Program-made: the position numbers and the translations under genes
Part shown: in pieces, positions 49,327 through 59,091 of the stretch
Layout: each line of letters opens with the position of its first letter
Numbering within the stretch: position 1 is the stretch's first letter
Notes under the pieces: model-generated
Seen by the model: the letters and a program-made list of their open reading frames with translations, nothing else
What the model was told of the DNA's origin: nothing
Databases searched by the model: none
Source of the DNA: a virus
Lineage: Duplodnaviria > Caudoviricetes
Reading direction: 5' to 3' (one strand)
DNA: 59,091 nucleotides
Virus record (IMG/VR): IMGVR_UViG_3300027908_000029
Location: 1 to 59,091 of that record

Positions 49327-52300
49327 ATGTCACAGGACACGAAATACAAGTCGATTCCGTTTGTATTCAAATCTTCCGGCGTTATGGCTAGGCCCGCCAC
49401 GGACCAGCCTCCAAATCTTAGTTTCTTCTTAAACGAAAATGGGGTTTATGAAAGGGAGGAAAATTCTGTAAGTTCGAGATACGGTAGCACGTTAATCACA
49501 AGGGACGCTATCGGAGTCGGCACCAATAACTATTTTTTCGCAAGCCCACCTGTCGTTCTCGCTCGGATGCTATCACTCTATGGAGCGGCATTTCGATACG
49601 CCATCCTAGCCAACGGTGGAGTCTACCGCCGCGCAGGCACCACGCAAGGACCGTATACAGAGATCGCCACCGGCTTGAGCGGCACCCGCTGTTCGACGCT
49701 GATACTGACGTGTTTTGGCTCTGCCCAGCCGTACCTGTTCATCTGGGACTCGATCGCGCCATGCAAGGATAGTGGCACCGGCTCCCCGACCACCATAGGC
49801 ATCGCCCCTCCAGTCGTGCCCATGCTCTCCACGCAATACGCACCAGTATTTCAGATCATAGACTCATTTCAATCCGCAGCCGGGTACGGCATCTCCGGCT
49901 CTCTCTCGACCGCTGCCACTGTCGCCGGCGATGACGGCACACCCATACTCGGGGGGAATTACGACCAGTACCTGGATGACTCACTCTCTTACGCGACCGC
50001 ACCAGACGGCATGATCGCTAGTTCGACCAGCCTCGCGGATAACTCTATCCGGCTCAAGTTCAACACCAACCGGAACAACAACACTTACGATATCGTCTCC
50101 CAGAGCAACGCTTACGCCGTGACGGATTCGTTTGTATTCAAAGAAGTCACGTTTGCGTTTGCTTCAAACTCGACCTCAGCCATTGCCAAAACCGTCTCAC
50201 TGGACCTCGGGAATTATCAGGCTGGCGATCTGATTATTCTGGTCATGCAGGTGTCGAACCCAGCGGCGGTGCAACAAGTCACGGTGCAATTCGATGTCAA
50301 TGGCAGTGGATACACATCGAGCTATTATTCTAAAACTGTCATCCCGGTCAGCTACCAAGGGAATCTCTCACTCCCACAGACTAACGACCCGACCACCGCG
50401 ATGGTCAACGAGGTGTTCTCGCTCGCAACCGGAATAGTCAACACTCAGCAACTGGGATCACCAACCACACTGCCAACCAACGACCCGAATCTCTCCGGAT
50501 TGCAACCATCGCAAATGACCAGTGGCGAGGGATCATGGTCGGTGTGTCTGCTGCAAATGGGAGATTTTCTGCCAGTTGGCAACGCAGGCGAACCCGGACT
50601 CGACTGGTCCGCGATCACCGGGTGGCAAGTGCAGGTCGTGACGAACACTCAGGGCTCGACGAATGTCTCGTTCAACGGTCTGTATGTGCAAGGGAGTCCA
50701 ACCGGGAATGGGATTAACACGAATGCTGGACCGAGCAGTTATGGTGGTGTCGGATATGACGCCCGGTACACGTACTGGGACGCGAACACTTTTACGGAGT
50801 CCAACCCATGCGCTTTGGCGAATTTTTCAGTGACTCAATCGAATCCCGGCGGATCTAGTACTCTAGTCGTCCTCCGTCAAGCCATCAACATGCAGGGGCA
50901 ATACTCCACCAATCCCCGTGTCACCCACGTCCGCATCTACGTGCGCGGCGGAGTCTACGGTGACAACTGGTACTACGCGGACCAGATTCCGAATATCACC
51001 GGGAACGCGACATTCAGCTACAGATACATATTCCCGGACACAGTGCTTCAACAGGGCAATATTCTGAATCTGCAAAATGACGTGCCAGTCACGAGTACGC
51101 TGCAAAATCCGATCTCGACCACGATGACGAACGGCGTTAACCCCCCAGTGGGGACGAACATTCCACAGTTTGTGACGGTCCACGTCGCGCAGGCATCAGC
51201 GGTGTTTGTCACTGGGCAGATCGTGGTGCTAGGTAATCCCGCGAACGAAGAAGAATGCTACGTGGTGAACGGTGGCACTGGGACGTTTAACTGCTACGTG
51301 TTCCTGCCGCATGTCCCCGGGGAGCCCGTGCAGGCATTCAGTCAACCTGCGATCGCGTGCAATCTGGCGGCAAGTGGATATGGACAGGTGTGGCTGGCTG
51401 GCGACCCGAACAACCCACATTTCCTGTATTACACACCGAAGGGGAATCCGGAAAATTGTCCCCCGCAGAACTATATCCCCAGTCCCGGTGGACCATCTGA
51501 CCCGATCACGGCGGTGTTTAACTTCCGTGGGACCATTTACGTTCGCACGCATTCTACTCACTATCAAGTGTTCCCCGGCAATCCGCCGTACATGCAGACC
51601 ACAGGCTCAAAGCATGGCTCACCCGCGAGTTTCGACTGGTGCATCACGGAGAATGAAGTCTGGGAATGCTCGTATGACGGTATAAGGGCTTTTTCTGGCA
51701 GTGGCAGCACATACAAGTCGCTTATCATCGAGTGGCTATTTCGGAATAATCCGCTGACACCGATCACGCTGGTGAATCTGTCACAGTTGAGCAATGTGAT
51801 CTCGGTGTTCAAGAACAACACGATCACCATCGCATACAACGGTCAAGATGGGAACATCCACAGGCTGCGCTACAACACTTCCTATCAGCGTTGGCGGAAT
51901 GACGACGTGGCCGCGACCGCTATGCTGGTAGAGACAGACACGAATCAGTTCCTGTACTCGTACCCGATTACCGCTGGCACGCAATCCGGCTGGGCGATTG
52001 CATTCGAGGATATTAACCGAGACTACGATGATGGCGGCTGGGTGAATGGTGCACTGGTACAGGTGCCGATCGCGCTCAACCTCCAGACTCCCTATCTCGA
52101 TCTCGGCACCCCGAACAATCAGAAACAGTGGAATAACGTTACCGTCGATGCCAACCCGAACAACCAGACGATCACGGCGGAACTTCTGTTCGACGACAAC
52201 AATGGATCGGTAGCGCCGATAGTGCTGGGTACGTGCGTGGGGGGCATCCGGCAGAAATTCCAGTTCCCAGTGAATGCCGGATTGGGTCAGCAAGCGTACC

Positions 52301-52743
52301 GTGCCAGCGTGCAACTGACATCCAGTGTGACCGCCGCTCCGATTATTTACCAAGCCGACATCGACACGGCGTTGCTCGCGGAGCAGAACGCGACATATGA
52401 TTCGTACTGGATCAAGTTCGGTGTAGACGAATCAAAGCTAGTCAAGCAAACATACATCGACTACACCTGCGCGCTACCTCTAAGCGTCAGTGTATACGCG
52501 GATGGAGGGACTGTGCCGTATTACACGTTCACATTAGCCGCCAACCCCACACGCAGCGAAGTCCCGACGCGAGTACGCATGCCAGCAATAAAATTGAGAT
52601 TGTTCCGCATGGTCATTACTATCGTCAACGGCACACCGGAGACGGGGCAGTTTCAAGTTTGGTCGGCTATTCAGGTGGATCAGAAAATGATCATCGGTCA
52701 GGGCGCGAAGGGATATAATCGCTCGGAATTGGTATCGCAATGA
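49327..52743 (+). CDS. Tail nozzle protein (P22 gp10/T7 gp12-like)
   Basis: 1138 aa after adaptors; LAGDPNNPHFLYYT..GNPE propeller pattern, LQTPYLDLG.P...KQW C-terminal pattern. Confidence 0.7.
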   Translation: MSQDTKYKSIPFVFKSSGVMARPATDQPPNLSFFLNENGVYEREENSVSSRYGSTLITRDAIGVGTNNYFFASPPVVLARMLSLYGAAFRYAILANGGVYRRAGTTQGPYTEIATGLSGTRCSTLILTCFGSAQPYLFIWDSIAPCKDSGTGSPTTIGIAPPVVPMLSTQYAPVFQIIDSFQSAAGYGISGSLSTAATVAGDDGTPILGGNYDQYLDDSLSYATAPDGMIASSTSLADNSIRLKFNTNRNNNTYDIVSQSNAYAVTDSFVFKEVTFAFASNSTSAIAKTVSLDLGNYQAGDLIILVMQVSNPAAVQQVTVQFDVNGSGYTSSYYSKTVIPVSYQGNLSLPQTNDPTTAMVNEVFSLATGIVNTQQLGSPTTLPTNDPNLSGLQPSQMTSGEGSWSVCLLQMGDFLPVGNAGEPGLDWSAITGWQVQVVTNTQGSTNVSFNGLYVQGSPTGNGINTNAGPSSYGGVGYDARYTYWDANTFTESNPCALANFSVTQSNPGGSSTLVVLRQAINMQGQYSTNPRVTHVRIYVRGGVYGDNWYYADQIPNITGNATFSYRYIFPDTVLQQGNILNLQNDVPVTSTLQNPISTTMTNGVNPPVGTNIPQFVTVHVAQASAVFVTGQIVVLGNPANEEECYVVNGGTGTFNCYVFLPHVPGEPVQAFSQPAIACNLAASGYGQVWLAGDPNNPHFLYYTPKGNPENCPPQNYIPSPGGPSDPITAVFNFRGTIYVRTHSTHYQVFPGNPPYMQTTGSKHGSPASFDWCITENEVWECSYDGIRAFSGSGSTYKSLIIEWLFRNNPLTPITLVNLSQLSNVISVFKNNTITIAYNGQDGNIHRLRYNTSYQRWRNDDVAATAMLVETDTNQFLYSYPITAGTQSGWAIAFEDINRDYDDGGWVNGALVQVPIALNLQTPYLDLGTPNNQKQWNNVTVDANPNNQTITAELLFDDNNGSVAPIVLGTCVGGIRQKFQFPVNAGLGQQAYRASVQLTSSVTAAPIIYQADIDTALLAEQNATYDSYWIKFGVDESKLVKQTYIDYTCALPLSVSVYADGGTVPYYTFTLAANPTRSEVPTRVRMPAIKLRLFRMVITIVNGTPETGQFQVWSAIQVDQKMIIGQGAKGYNRSELVSQ

Positions 52744-53171
52744 CCGCTGCCGCAGCCACATCGACGGTGACAAGCGTGAGTGTGAATCGGCGGGCCAGCC
52801 GCACTGTGCCCCCACCTGCGCCTACTACCTCTGCCACCATCCGCATCCACTGCCACGTGGTCTGCTCGATCCGCTATCACCATGATGGGCGGATACGTGA
52901 AAAGAAACGCTGTGACTCCATACCAGTGTTCCGAGTGTTCACGCCAGCGCCACTGGACATGTGCAATGTGCATTTCAACGAGTACTTTGAGTCGCATGAA
53001 ATAGCAGTAGACATGGTGATGAGACTGAGCGACAACGAGGATGATTTCGTGGCCGGGAATTACAAAGCCAGCCGGTTCAACAAACGTAGTGATCGAGCAG
53101 ACGTGGATGCGGATGATCCCGATGAGCCGATCTGCCAAGTGCCCAAGCCAAGGATGCGCGCCAAGAGGTAA
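52740..53171 (+). CDS. Hypothetical protein
   Basis: ATGA overlap with the nozzle gene. Confidence 0.5.
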   Translation: MTAAAATSTVTSVSVNRRASRTVPPPAPTTSATIRIHCHVVCSIRYHHDGRIREKKRCDSIPVFRVFTPAPLDMCNVHFNEYFESHEIAVDMVMRLSDNEDDFVAGNYKASRFNKRSDRADVDADDPDEPICQVPKPRMRAKR

Positions 53172-53180
53172 CTGTCTGCC

Positions 53181-54161
53181 ATGCCCACTCAATCCTCCAC
53201 TCCGCCGGCACCACTTCAGCAAATCACTCTCACTGAAGACGATCTCAAAGACCCCGGACTCGGACTCGTCAACAACCAGCTCACCAATCTGGTGCAGATG
53301 GTTAATTATCTGCTTGGCCACGCAGGAGTCCCCACGCTGAAATCCGGTGCCAATCTCAACGGTCAGCCTCTTAGCAATGTTGGTGAGCCACAATCCGATG
53401 GCGATGTGGTCACACAGGGATTCGCCAAGAATAATTATGGCGCAGCAGCCTTAGCGCCACAGTTTCAAGCACTCGGCAAACAAGTGTTCCAGTCATACCG
53501 CCGGGTCAACGACCGGGTGCAGCGGGAAAAGTACTCGTCATTCCTAAACGACGCGCTGACCATCGCACCGTCCAGCAATACGTCTACTGTCTCTTTCGGG
53601 TCGCTCTCTGGTGGATTCGTGCCTGTCACAGTCTCAGGCGGATACCATCAACTCATGGACGGGTCGCAGATCGCGTATGCCGCGTATAACGATTCGCTGC
53701 CTGTACCAACGTCGTATTCGATCAGCGGGACTCTCAGTCGCTCTGCTGGTGTTGTGAGCGGTAGCACTACCATAGCGAACACTCTCACTCCCGGAGAGAC
53801 TATTACCATTGCAGGTGTGGGAGACACGTCATTCGATGGACAGTTTGTGCTGGTCACGGCATCGAGTCCTAATTTCACATACAATCAGGTCGCGCCGAAT
53901 GCCACCACAACTGGCGGGAGCATATCACTCAACGGAGTTTTTTATTACTCAAGGCGAGCTGGTCAGAATGTGCTATTCCGCACTGGGCCTTTCAGTACAG
54001 ATAGCTGGTCCAATAGAGTTCAGTCGGGTCTGGATGGGTCCACCGCGCTGGCTGTGGTAGTGGTTAACAGCGCAGGCGGCGACACCACGAACTCTGCTGG
54101 AGGTGGAACATCCCCGCCGACCAATAATGGAGCCGCACCCAGACTGTTCGGGAGACTGTAA
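53181..54161 (+). CDS. Putative tail structural protein
   Basis: LSNVGEPQSDGDVVT fibre-neck-like motif; beta domain shared with the 47418 protein. Confidence 0.65.
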   Translation: MPTQSSTPPAPLQQITLTEDDLKDPGLGLVNNQLTNLVQMVNYLLGHAGVPTLKSGANLNGQPLSNVGEPQSDGDVVTQGFAKNNYGAAALAPQFQALGKQVFQSYRRVNDRVQREKYSSFLNDALTIAPSSNTSTVSFGSLSGGFVPVTVSGGYHQLMDGSQIAYAAYNDSLPVPTSYSISGTLSRSAGVVSGSTTIANTLTPGETITIAGVGDTSFDGQFVLVTASSPNFTYNQVAPNATTTGGSISLNGVFYYSRRAGQNVLFRTGPFSTDSWSNRVQSGLDGSTALAVVVVNSAGGDTTNSAGGGTSPPTNNGAAPRLFGRL

Positions 54162-54165
54162 GCGT

Positions 54166-54456
54166 ATGCCGGAACTCAAACTGATCGTACATTCCACTGA
54201 CCTCGACATGATCAATGGACATTACACTGTGACTGCCTCCATTGAGGAGCACGCGGACGACGGCACAGTGATCGCTTCAGCGGTGGAGTCATTCGGAATC
54301 AGCCAAGAGGAGTTGCAGTTGAAATACGAGAGCAACCCCGAGCGATGGCGGGACACGTTGATCGCGGAGACGCTAAAGCGGCATCATTATTTGCGGCAGC
54401 AAGTCAACGTGTCGCTGATTTCGTGGCGTGGCAAGCGGTTTACAATTGTCCCTTGA
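54166..54456 (+). CDS. Hypothetical protein
   Basis: GGGAG RBS before ATG 54166. Confidence 0.55.
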   Translation: MPELKLIVHSTDLDMINGHYTVTASIEEHADDGTVIASAVESFGISQEELQLKYESNPERWRDTLIAETLKRHHYLRQQVNVSLISWRGKRFTIVP

Positions 54457-54482
54457 CAATCGTTAACACTATCGTTTACATT
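54453..54482 (+). promoter_or_regulatory. Promoter TTGACA-N18-TACATT with operator-like AATCGTTAAC in the spacer
   Basis: Consensus -35; -10 ends 7 nt before GTG 54490; spacer matches the early-region motif. Confidence 0.65.
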
Positions 54483-54489
54483 TAGCTCC

Positions 54490-54765
54490 GTGAGCAAGTC
54501 CACTACAGCCAGCAAGTCCCGTAAGCAACCATCCGCGCCAGAGCCAGTCGCAGCGCCATCCGCATCTGTATCCGCGTATCGATCGCACGCGCGTTCCATC
54601 ACCAGCCGAGTGGTGATCGGCTTCCGCATCGATCCCGGACTCAAGGACTCATTGCACAAGAAATTGAGGCAGAGGAAGATGCGGAGCCTGAGCGATCTCA
54701 TGGAGACTGTGGTACGCGAGTGGCTGGATAAGCAGGATGAACTAGCGGTCAACACATCGAGGTAA
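54490..54765 (+). CDS. Ribbon-helix-helix (Arc/CopG-like) regulator
   Basis: VVIGFRIDPGLKDSLHKKL...SLSDLMETVVREWL strand-helix-helix pattern. Confidence 0.75.
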   Translation: MSKSTTASKSRKQPSAPEPVAAPSASVSAYRSHARSITSRVVIGFRIDPGLKDSLHKKLRQRKMRSLSDLMETVVREWLDKQDELAVNTSR

Positions 54766-54771
54766 AGAGCA

Positions 54772-55077
54772 ATGCCTGTAGACACAGATGTACCTGCCGC
54801 CACCGCTGCCAAGCCATTCACCGCCACTATCACCATCGACGGGAATGTTCGCCCAGAACTTGTGGCAGTCGAATTCCGCAAAATCCGGGACGCATTCAAC
54901 TACGTCTACCGCGCCGCGATGATCACACACGGGACTCCAGTCTACAACCCCATGATGCAGGGACTGGCGGCATGCGCGATCAACCTGGAGCAGATGATCA
55001 ACGCGATTGATCCCCCGAGAGTGGTGCCGGCGGCGGGACAGTCGAATCACGTGATCTCGGGGCAGGGGAGGGCATAG
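54772..55077 (+). CDS. Hypothetical protein
   Basis: GAGG RBS, operon packing. Confidence 0.6.
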   Translation: MPVDTDVPAATAAKPFTATITIDGNVRPELVAVEFRKIRDAFNYVYRAAMITHGTPVYNPMMQGLAACAINLEQMINAIDPPRVVPAAGQSNHVISGQGRA

Positions 55078-55268
55078 TGATAGTCAAGGGTGGAACACTA
55101 CCTCAGTTCGAGATTCAAGAAGACTTTCCCCTTCCCCTCAAGGGTGGCGGACTGCCAGTGCACGCAGAGTACGTGTATACGCCTCCGCCACCCTCCCCCG
55201 ATGACAGTGCCGAGCGACGGAAACGAATATTCGACTGGCTGAAGTGCAAGAAGAAGAAGAAAGAGTAA
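55077..55268 (+). CDS. Hypothetical protein
   Basis: Coupled to the upstream stop. Confidence 0.45.
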   Translation: MIVKGGTLPQFEIQEDFPLPLKGGGLPVHAEYVYTPPPPSPDDSAERRKRIFDWLKCKKKKKE

Positions 55269-55273
55269 TCGAT

Positions 55274-55588
55274 ATGGCGACCACGACCACTACTGCAATC
55301 ACACCTGCACACGCCTCCCACGACGAGATCATCAACTTCGTGCTCATTACCGTCTCCGAGGAATCCGGCAGGCCAGCGACACTCGACTCCGACATGGCAG
55401 ACAGTCTCGATCTCGACTCGCTCGATTACGTGAACATCGCCCAGCAGATCGAGGAGAGATTCGGGATCGGACCAATCCCCGATAGTGATTTATTCAAGCT
55501 GGTCACGGTCGAACAGGTCGTGTTCTATGTGGAAGCGTGGCTGGCGGAGAAGGCTAAAATTGCGTCGGCGGTTGCAGCGCATGAGTAA
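55274..55588 (+). CDS. acpP: Acyl carrier protein
   Basis: LDLDSLDYVNIAQQIEERFGI phosphopantetheine-site motif, IPDSD...TVEQVVFYV; acidic, about 100 aa. Confidence 0.85.
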   Translation: MATTTTTAITPAHASHDEIINFVLITVSEESGRPATLDSDMADSLDLDSLDYVNIAQQIEERFGIGPIPDSDLFKLVTVEQVVFYVEAWLAEKAKIASAVAAHE

Positions 55589-55964
55589 GGCTCGTGACAT
55601 CATCGCCGGGTGGCCGCGAGGACGGTCCACCAGCACGTCATCGTATTATAAATACGAAGCCGAAATGCTGATTTTTATGCTGTTTGGCAGAACTCACTGG
55701 AGTGCCCCAGATTTATTCCGAGCGGAAGATGAACTCGCTGCCAATTCCGTATACCACCGTGAGCAGCAGCGCATGTTCGATTGGTACGTTTCACAATACC
55801 GCACACCGAAAAGTGAAATGATGGTTGACTGTTGTGGTAGAGAGATAAATGTCAGAGCGCCGCGCAATGGATTTGTGTTAGAGGGTTTGGATTTATGCTG
55901 GCAGACATCAGAGGAGGATACACTACCAGAGCACCTAGGGGACAGGCGGGGCGTGAATGGGTGA
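55581..55964 (+). CDS. Hypothetical protein
   Basis: ATG overlaps ACP end; stop overlaps the next gene. Confidence 0.5.
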   Translation: MSKARDIIAGWPRGRSTSTSSYYKYEAEMLIFMLFGRTHWSAPDLFRAEDELAANSVYHREQQRMFDWYVSQYRTPKSEMMVDCCGREINVRAPRNGFVLEGLDLCWQTSEEDTLPEHLGDRRGVNG

Positions 55965-56682
55965 TAGCATTCTAGAAGTATTTCGCGCTGACGAATGGCG
56001 TCTAGGCAACTGTCAGGTCATCCCCTATGACCGCCGCAAAGTAGACGTGTTCGGTCGCGGCTACCTGCAATATCTCTACAAGCAGTGTCTGGACTCTCGG
56101 CCATCCGATCCGTTCGGCGTCCTGCGCGAGTCGTTCTGCGGCATGACCGATCTGTCTGCCGATACCATCTGTGCCTACCTGCATTCCCGTCCAGTTCTCC
56201 TGCTCTTGTGCATCCACACATCCCCTACTGAATTCACTCCAGTCGGATTCGCGTACCCCACGATGCTGTGTGGCGCTCCGATGAACGTGGCAGATGGCGA
56301 GAGATCGATGTTCGCAGGGTTCGTCTATTTTCGCTCGGCGTGGGGCACACCGGAATTAGAAGTCCTCGGCATGCTCGGATTGGCTTATTTATTTTCCCAA
56401 TTCCGGTTGCTCGCGGTGCACGGACAACGCTATGCTGGGCACAGGCTCGCCGCGCGGTACATGGCAAAGTTTGGCGCGCGTGATGTGGGGACGATTCCGC
56501 ATTACATGATGCAGGATGGCAAGCTGGTATCGTGCACGGTCAGCACATTGCTGCGGACGGACTTTGAACAGTATTGCCGGAAATCACTCTTATCACTCGC
56601 TGGCGAGGGCATCCTGAATGAGCGGCAAAGGCAGCACACCGGGGATCAGCCCAGCGACGCAGACAGCGCTCACCACGGATGA
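55957..56682 (+). CDS. Putative GNAT-fold acyltransferase (RimL-like)
   Basis: YFRSAWG, LAYLFSQFRLLAVHG...HRLAARYMAKFGARDVGTIPHY pattern; position before ejection proteins is usual for podoviral GNATs. Confidence 0.65.
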   Translation: MGDSILEVFRADEWRLGNCQVIPYDRRKVDVFGRGYLQYLYKQCLDSRPSDPFGVLRESFCGMTDLSADTICAYLHSRPVLLLLCIHTSPTEFTPVGFAYPTMLCGAPMNVADGERSMFAGFVYFRSAWGTPELEVLGMLGLAYLFSQFRLLAVHGQRYAGHRLAARYMAKFGARDVGTIPHYMMQDGKLVSCTVSTLLRTDFEQYCRKSLLSLAGEGILNERQRQHTGDQPSDADSAHHG

Positions 56683-57397
56683 GACAGCGCTAGTCGGAAT
56701 TGCAGGCGAGCAAGCGGCCAATAGTCAGCAAATCTATAATCTGGAAGAACCTGGACTGCAACAGTCCACGGACTTCTATAGCTCGCTCGCCAGTGGAGAT
56801 CCCGCTGCGATCATGCGTGCCATTGCCCCAACGGCTCAGGCTACCTCTGCCGCCACTGCTGGTGCCAAAGCCAACATCATGGCGAACGATCCAGCAGGCG
56901 GCGAAAAGAATCTCGCGCTCGAACTCGCGGATGTCAATCGAGGCAGACAGATTGCCAGCACTGCGAGTGGCGCATCGATTGGTGCTGAGAATGCGCTCGC
57001 CAAAATGGGCACGAGCGGTGTAGGGCTATCCGGCAGCCTAGCCAGCGGCGCTACCAGCGCGTACGGCGCGGCATCCGGGTCTACGCTCGGTTCTGGCGGC
57101 CTGCAACTCCAAGGACAGCAATTACAGATGCAGCAAAAAGGTCAATCGCTCTGGCCAGTCGGTGGCGGCAAACAAGGACTCGGATCGGTCGGTTCCGAAG
57201 CTCTCGGTGTCGGCAGCGGCGGTGGTGGCGGATTCGGCGGTGGTGGCGGAGGCTTCGGTGGCGGTGACTTTAGCGATGAACTGAGCACTCCCGGAGGAGG
57301 ATTCAGTGCTGGTTGGGGTACTGATGGATCTGACTTCGGCTCTATGGGCGCGGCAGGCGATATGAGTGCGGCAGGTGACATAGGCGTTTTTGCTTAG
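56618..57397 (+). CDS. Putative DNA ejection/pilot protein
   Basis: MSGKG start, Ala/Gly/Gln-rich helical; follows GNAT. Confidence 0.6.
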   Translation: MSGKGSTPGISPATQTALTTDETALVGIAGEQAANSQQIYNLEEPGLQQSTDFYSSLASGDPAAIMRAIAPTAQATSAATAGAKANIMANDPAGGEKNLALELADVNRGRQIASTASGASIGAENALAKMGTSGVGLSGSLASGATSAYGAASGSTLGSGGLQLQGQQLQMQQKGQSLWPVGGGKQGLGSVGSEALGVGSGGGGGFGGGGGGFGGGDFSDELSTPGGGFSAGWGTDGSDFGSMGAAGDMSAAGDIGVFA

Positions 57398-57400
57398 AGC

Positions 57401-59091
57401 ATGGCAACTCAATCCAATCCGTTATTGCCGTATGATCCTAATGCGGCTCAGCCACTGGATAGTGGTAGTGCTGCGGGTGCGGATAGTGCCGCCGCTGCGG
57501 GACCGCAACTCCCACCGATTACTGCGCCGCCGAGAATGTCCATACCTGAACAGCCAAGTGCTGGCACAGGTCCACAATTGCTCCCCGGTGCCAAGGGTAC
57601 GAATCTTGGTGTAGCGTCATATCTTGGCGAGTCTCTGCTCAAAGGCATCATGCAGGGACGTGAGCGCTACCAGCAGATGCAGGCGTACAAGGCGCAGCGC
57701 CTCAGCAATGGACTACAGTATAACTATCAAACTCTCGCAAATAATTACTTGGCCTTGATCAAGTCCGGTGCAGACCCAAAGTCCCCTGAAGTGCAAAAGG
57801 CTGATCTGCAACAGCGCACCGCGTATCAATCCCTCATGCAGATGCGCGGTAACTTCATTATGGGGCAGGATGGAAAATCGAAAAAGAAAAAGGGGCAGGA
57901 TGATCAGGACCCTATGCAAATGTTTATGTCATCCGACCCCAAGACGAAGATGAAGGGTGCTTATCTGCTTCAGATGAAAATGTTCCAAGGTGGGGTAGGG
58001 ACACCTGCTAATGCAGCGGCGCTTCCGTATACGACACCCGAGTATCAGGCTCAGAAGAAACTGATGTCCAGTCAGCAGACACTCTCTCAGGGCAACGTCG
58101 ATGACAAGCTGCAACTCCGCAACCTGGAGATGGCGGATACATCCAAGATGACTCCCGAGCAGAAATCCGCGCATGAGCAGCAGGTTCAGGGATTGCGTGA
58201 TCGTCTTGGGGAAGCTGCATCCGGTTACAAGCAGACTGAGAAGATTCTGAAGACTTGGGTTGGTCCAGATAACAAAGAGCACGCTCTGAAGCAGAGGGCG
58301 AACGGGGAAGAATACGAAGAGATTCTCGGAGATGTACGGCAAGCGCCGGGATTGACGTCGAGAGAGTCCGACACTACCAGCACTGACAATTTCGGCAATG
58401 TGACTCACTCGCAAACTGTACGTAAGCCATTGATCGGTGCACCTGCTGGAGCGAGTACGACGCCAACCACTACTGCTGCTGGTCATACCCAGACTCCGAC
58501 TGCTGCCGCCGGATCATCCCCCGCTGCGTCTGCACCTGCGCCTGCATCGACTCACAAGCCCGCAGCACAGCCTCCATCACCCGCTGGCTTGCCAAAACTC
58601 GACGCCGATGGGCACATTCCTGCCGGGCACGCGAACCCGAATATCACCGAGGCCGCCAATCAGCTTCTCGATGGCACTGACAAGGACAAGCTACCGATGA
58701 AAGCCCGTGAGCCTGCTGCGGCACTGGCCCGCAAGTATGGTTGGGAGCAGGGCAAGTTCACACCCAAAGAACAAGTGATGTTGAACGAGTCCAGTACGTT
58801 CCTGAAAAGCGCCATGACAGATCCGTCATTAGCCGCGCTGGATGCGCCATTCACGGATCGTCTGCAACTCGCACAGGCACTGAAAGCACCTGACAAAGAA
58901 GGGCTGACAGGCAGCGTGCTTACACTTGCATCCGCGCAGAATCTCGATCCACAGCAAGTGGCGTTCGTGCAGATGTACAATCAGCTTGTCGGTACGGTAT
59001 CCGGTATGTCGCAACTGGTGCGCAGCGGTCGTGCCACAGAGGCCACCATCGAGCGTCTGAAAGCCGAGTTACCGAATCCTCTCACCACCAA
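57401..59091 (+). CDS. Large internal virion/ejection protein, truncated by window end (not in ORF track)
   Basis: MATQSNPLLPYDP... frame stays open to 59091; Gln/Ala/Pro-rich helical. Confidence 0.7.
   Translation, partial: MATQSNPLLPYDPNAAQPLDSGSAAGADSAAAAGPQLPPITAPPRMSIPEQPSAGTGPQLLPGAKGTNLGVASYLGESLLKGIMQGRERYQQMQAYKAQRLSNGLQYNYQTLANNYLALIKSGADPKSPEVQKADLQQRTAYQSLMQMRGNFIMGQDGKSKKKKGQDDQDPMQMFMSSDPKTKMKGAYLLQMKMFQGGVGTPANAAALPYTTPEYQAQKKLMSSQQTLSQGNVDDKLQLRNLEMADTSKMTPEQKSAHEQQVQGLRDRLGEAASGYKQTEKILKTWVGPDNKEHALKQRANGEEYEEILGDVRQAPGLTSRESDTTSTDNFGNVTHSQTVRKPLIGAPAGASTTPTTTAAGHTQTPTAAAGSSPAASAPAPASTHKPAAQPPSPAGLPKLDADGHIPAGHANPNITEAANQLLDGTDKDKLPMKAREPAAALARKYGWEQGKFTPKEQVMLNESSTFLKSAMTDPSLAALDAPFTDRLQLAQALKAPDKEGLTGSVLTLASAQNLDPQQVAFVQMYNQLVGTVSGMSQLVRSGRATEATIERLKAELPNPLTT

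Larger units (their letters stand above)
1..59091. mobile_element. Tailed dsDNA phage/prophage genome segment, podovirus-like
   Basis: Terminase-portal-scaffold-capsid-adaptor-nozzle-ejection gene order, dense small hypothetical genes, homing endonucleases; no tape measure or sheath gene and no host core genes recognised. Confidence 0.95.

Noticed and set aside
48593-49327. 244-aa + strand ORF, and similar long shadow ORFs such as 17..640 and 41206..41832
   Set aside because: Antisense shadows of well-supported genes on the other strand, with no motifs of their own
1-59091. Stop-codon reassignment
   Set aside because: Long genes are intact under the standard code and all three stop codons end genes

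Overview
The whole window reads as part of a tailed dsDNA phage or prophage genome with podovirus-like (P22/N4/crAss-style) architecture. I recognised no host housekeeping genes, tRNA, rRNA or CRISPR array. Layout: (i) 1-7250, a leftward arm of small early genes including a TOPRIM/TopoVI-A-like protein and a DUF932 protein; (ii) a divergent promoter region at about 7250-7700 carrying a repeated palindromic operator (TAATCGTTAACGA); (iii) rightward small genes, a HerA-like ATPase, a glycosyltransferase-sulfotransferase fusion and a papain-like peptidase; (iv) terminase, portal, scaffold, major capsid and adaptor genes; (v) a 15.7 kb block of six Ser/Thr/Gly/Cys-rich proteins that all start with Sec-type signal peptides, several of which carry phage fibre motifs; (vi) two more adaptor-like genes and a nozzle; (vii) an RHH regulator, an acyl carrier protein, a GNAT-like protein and DNA-ejection proteins running off the right edge. 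Four free-standing homing endonuclease genes interrupt the structural operon. The most striking candidates for new biology are the exported fibre cassette and the ACP-GNAT-ejection protein module. An Acidobacteriota host is a tentative inference. All product calls come from motif recognition by eye; no database search was run.
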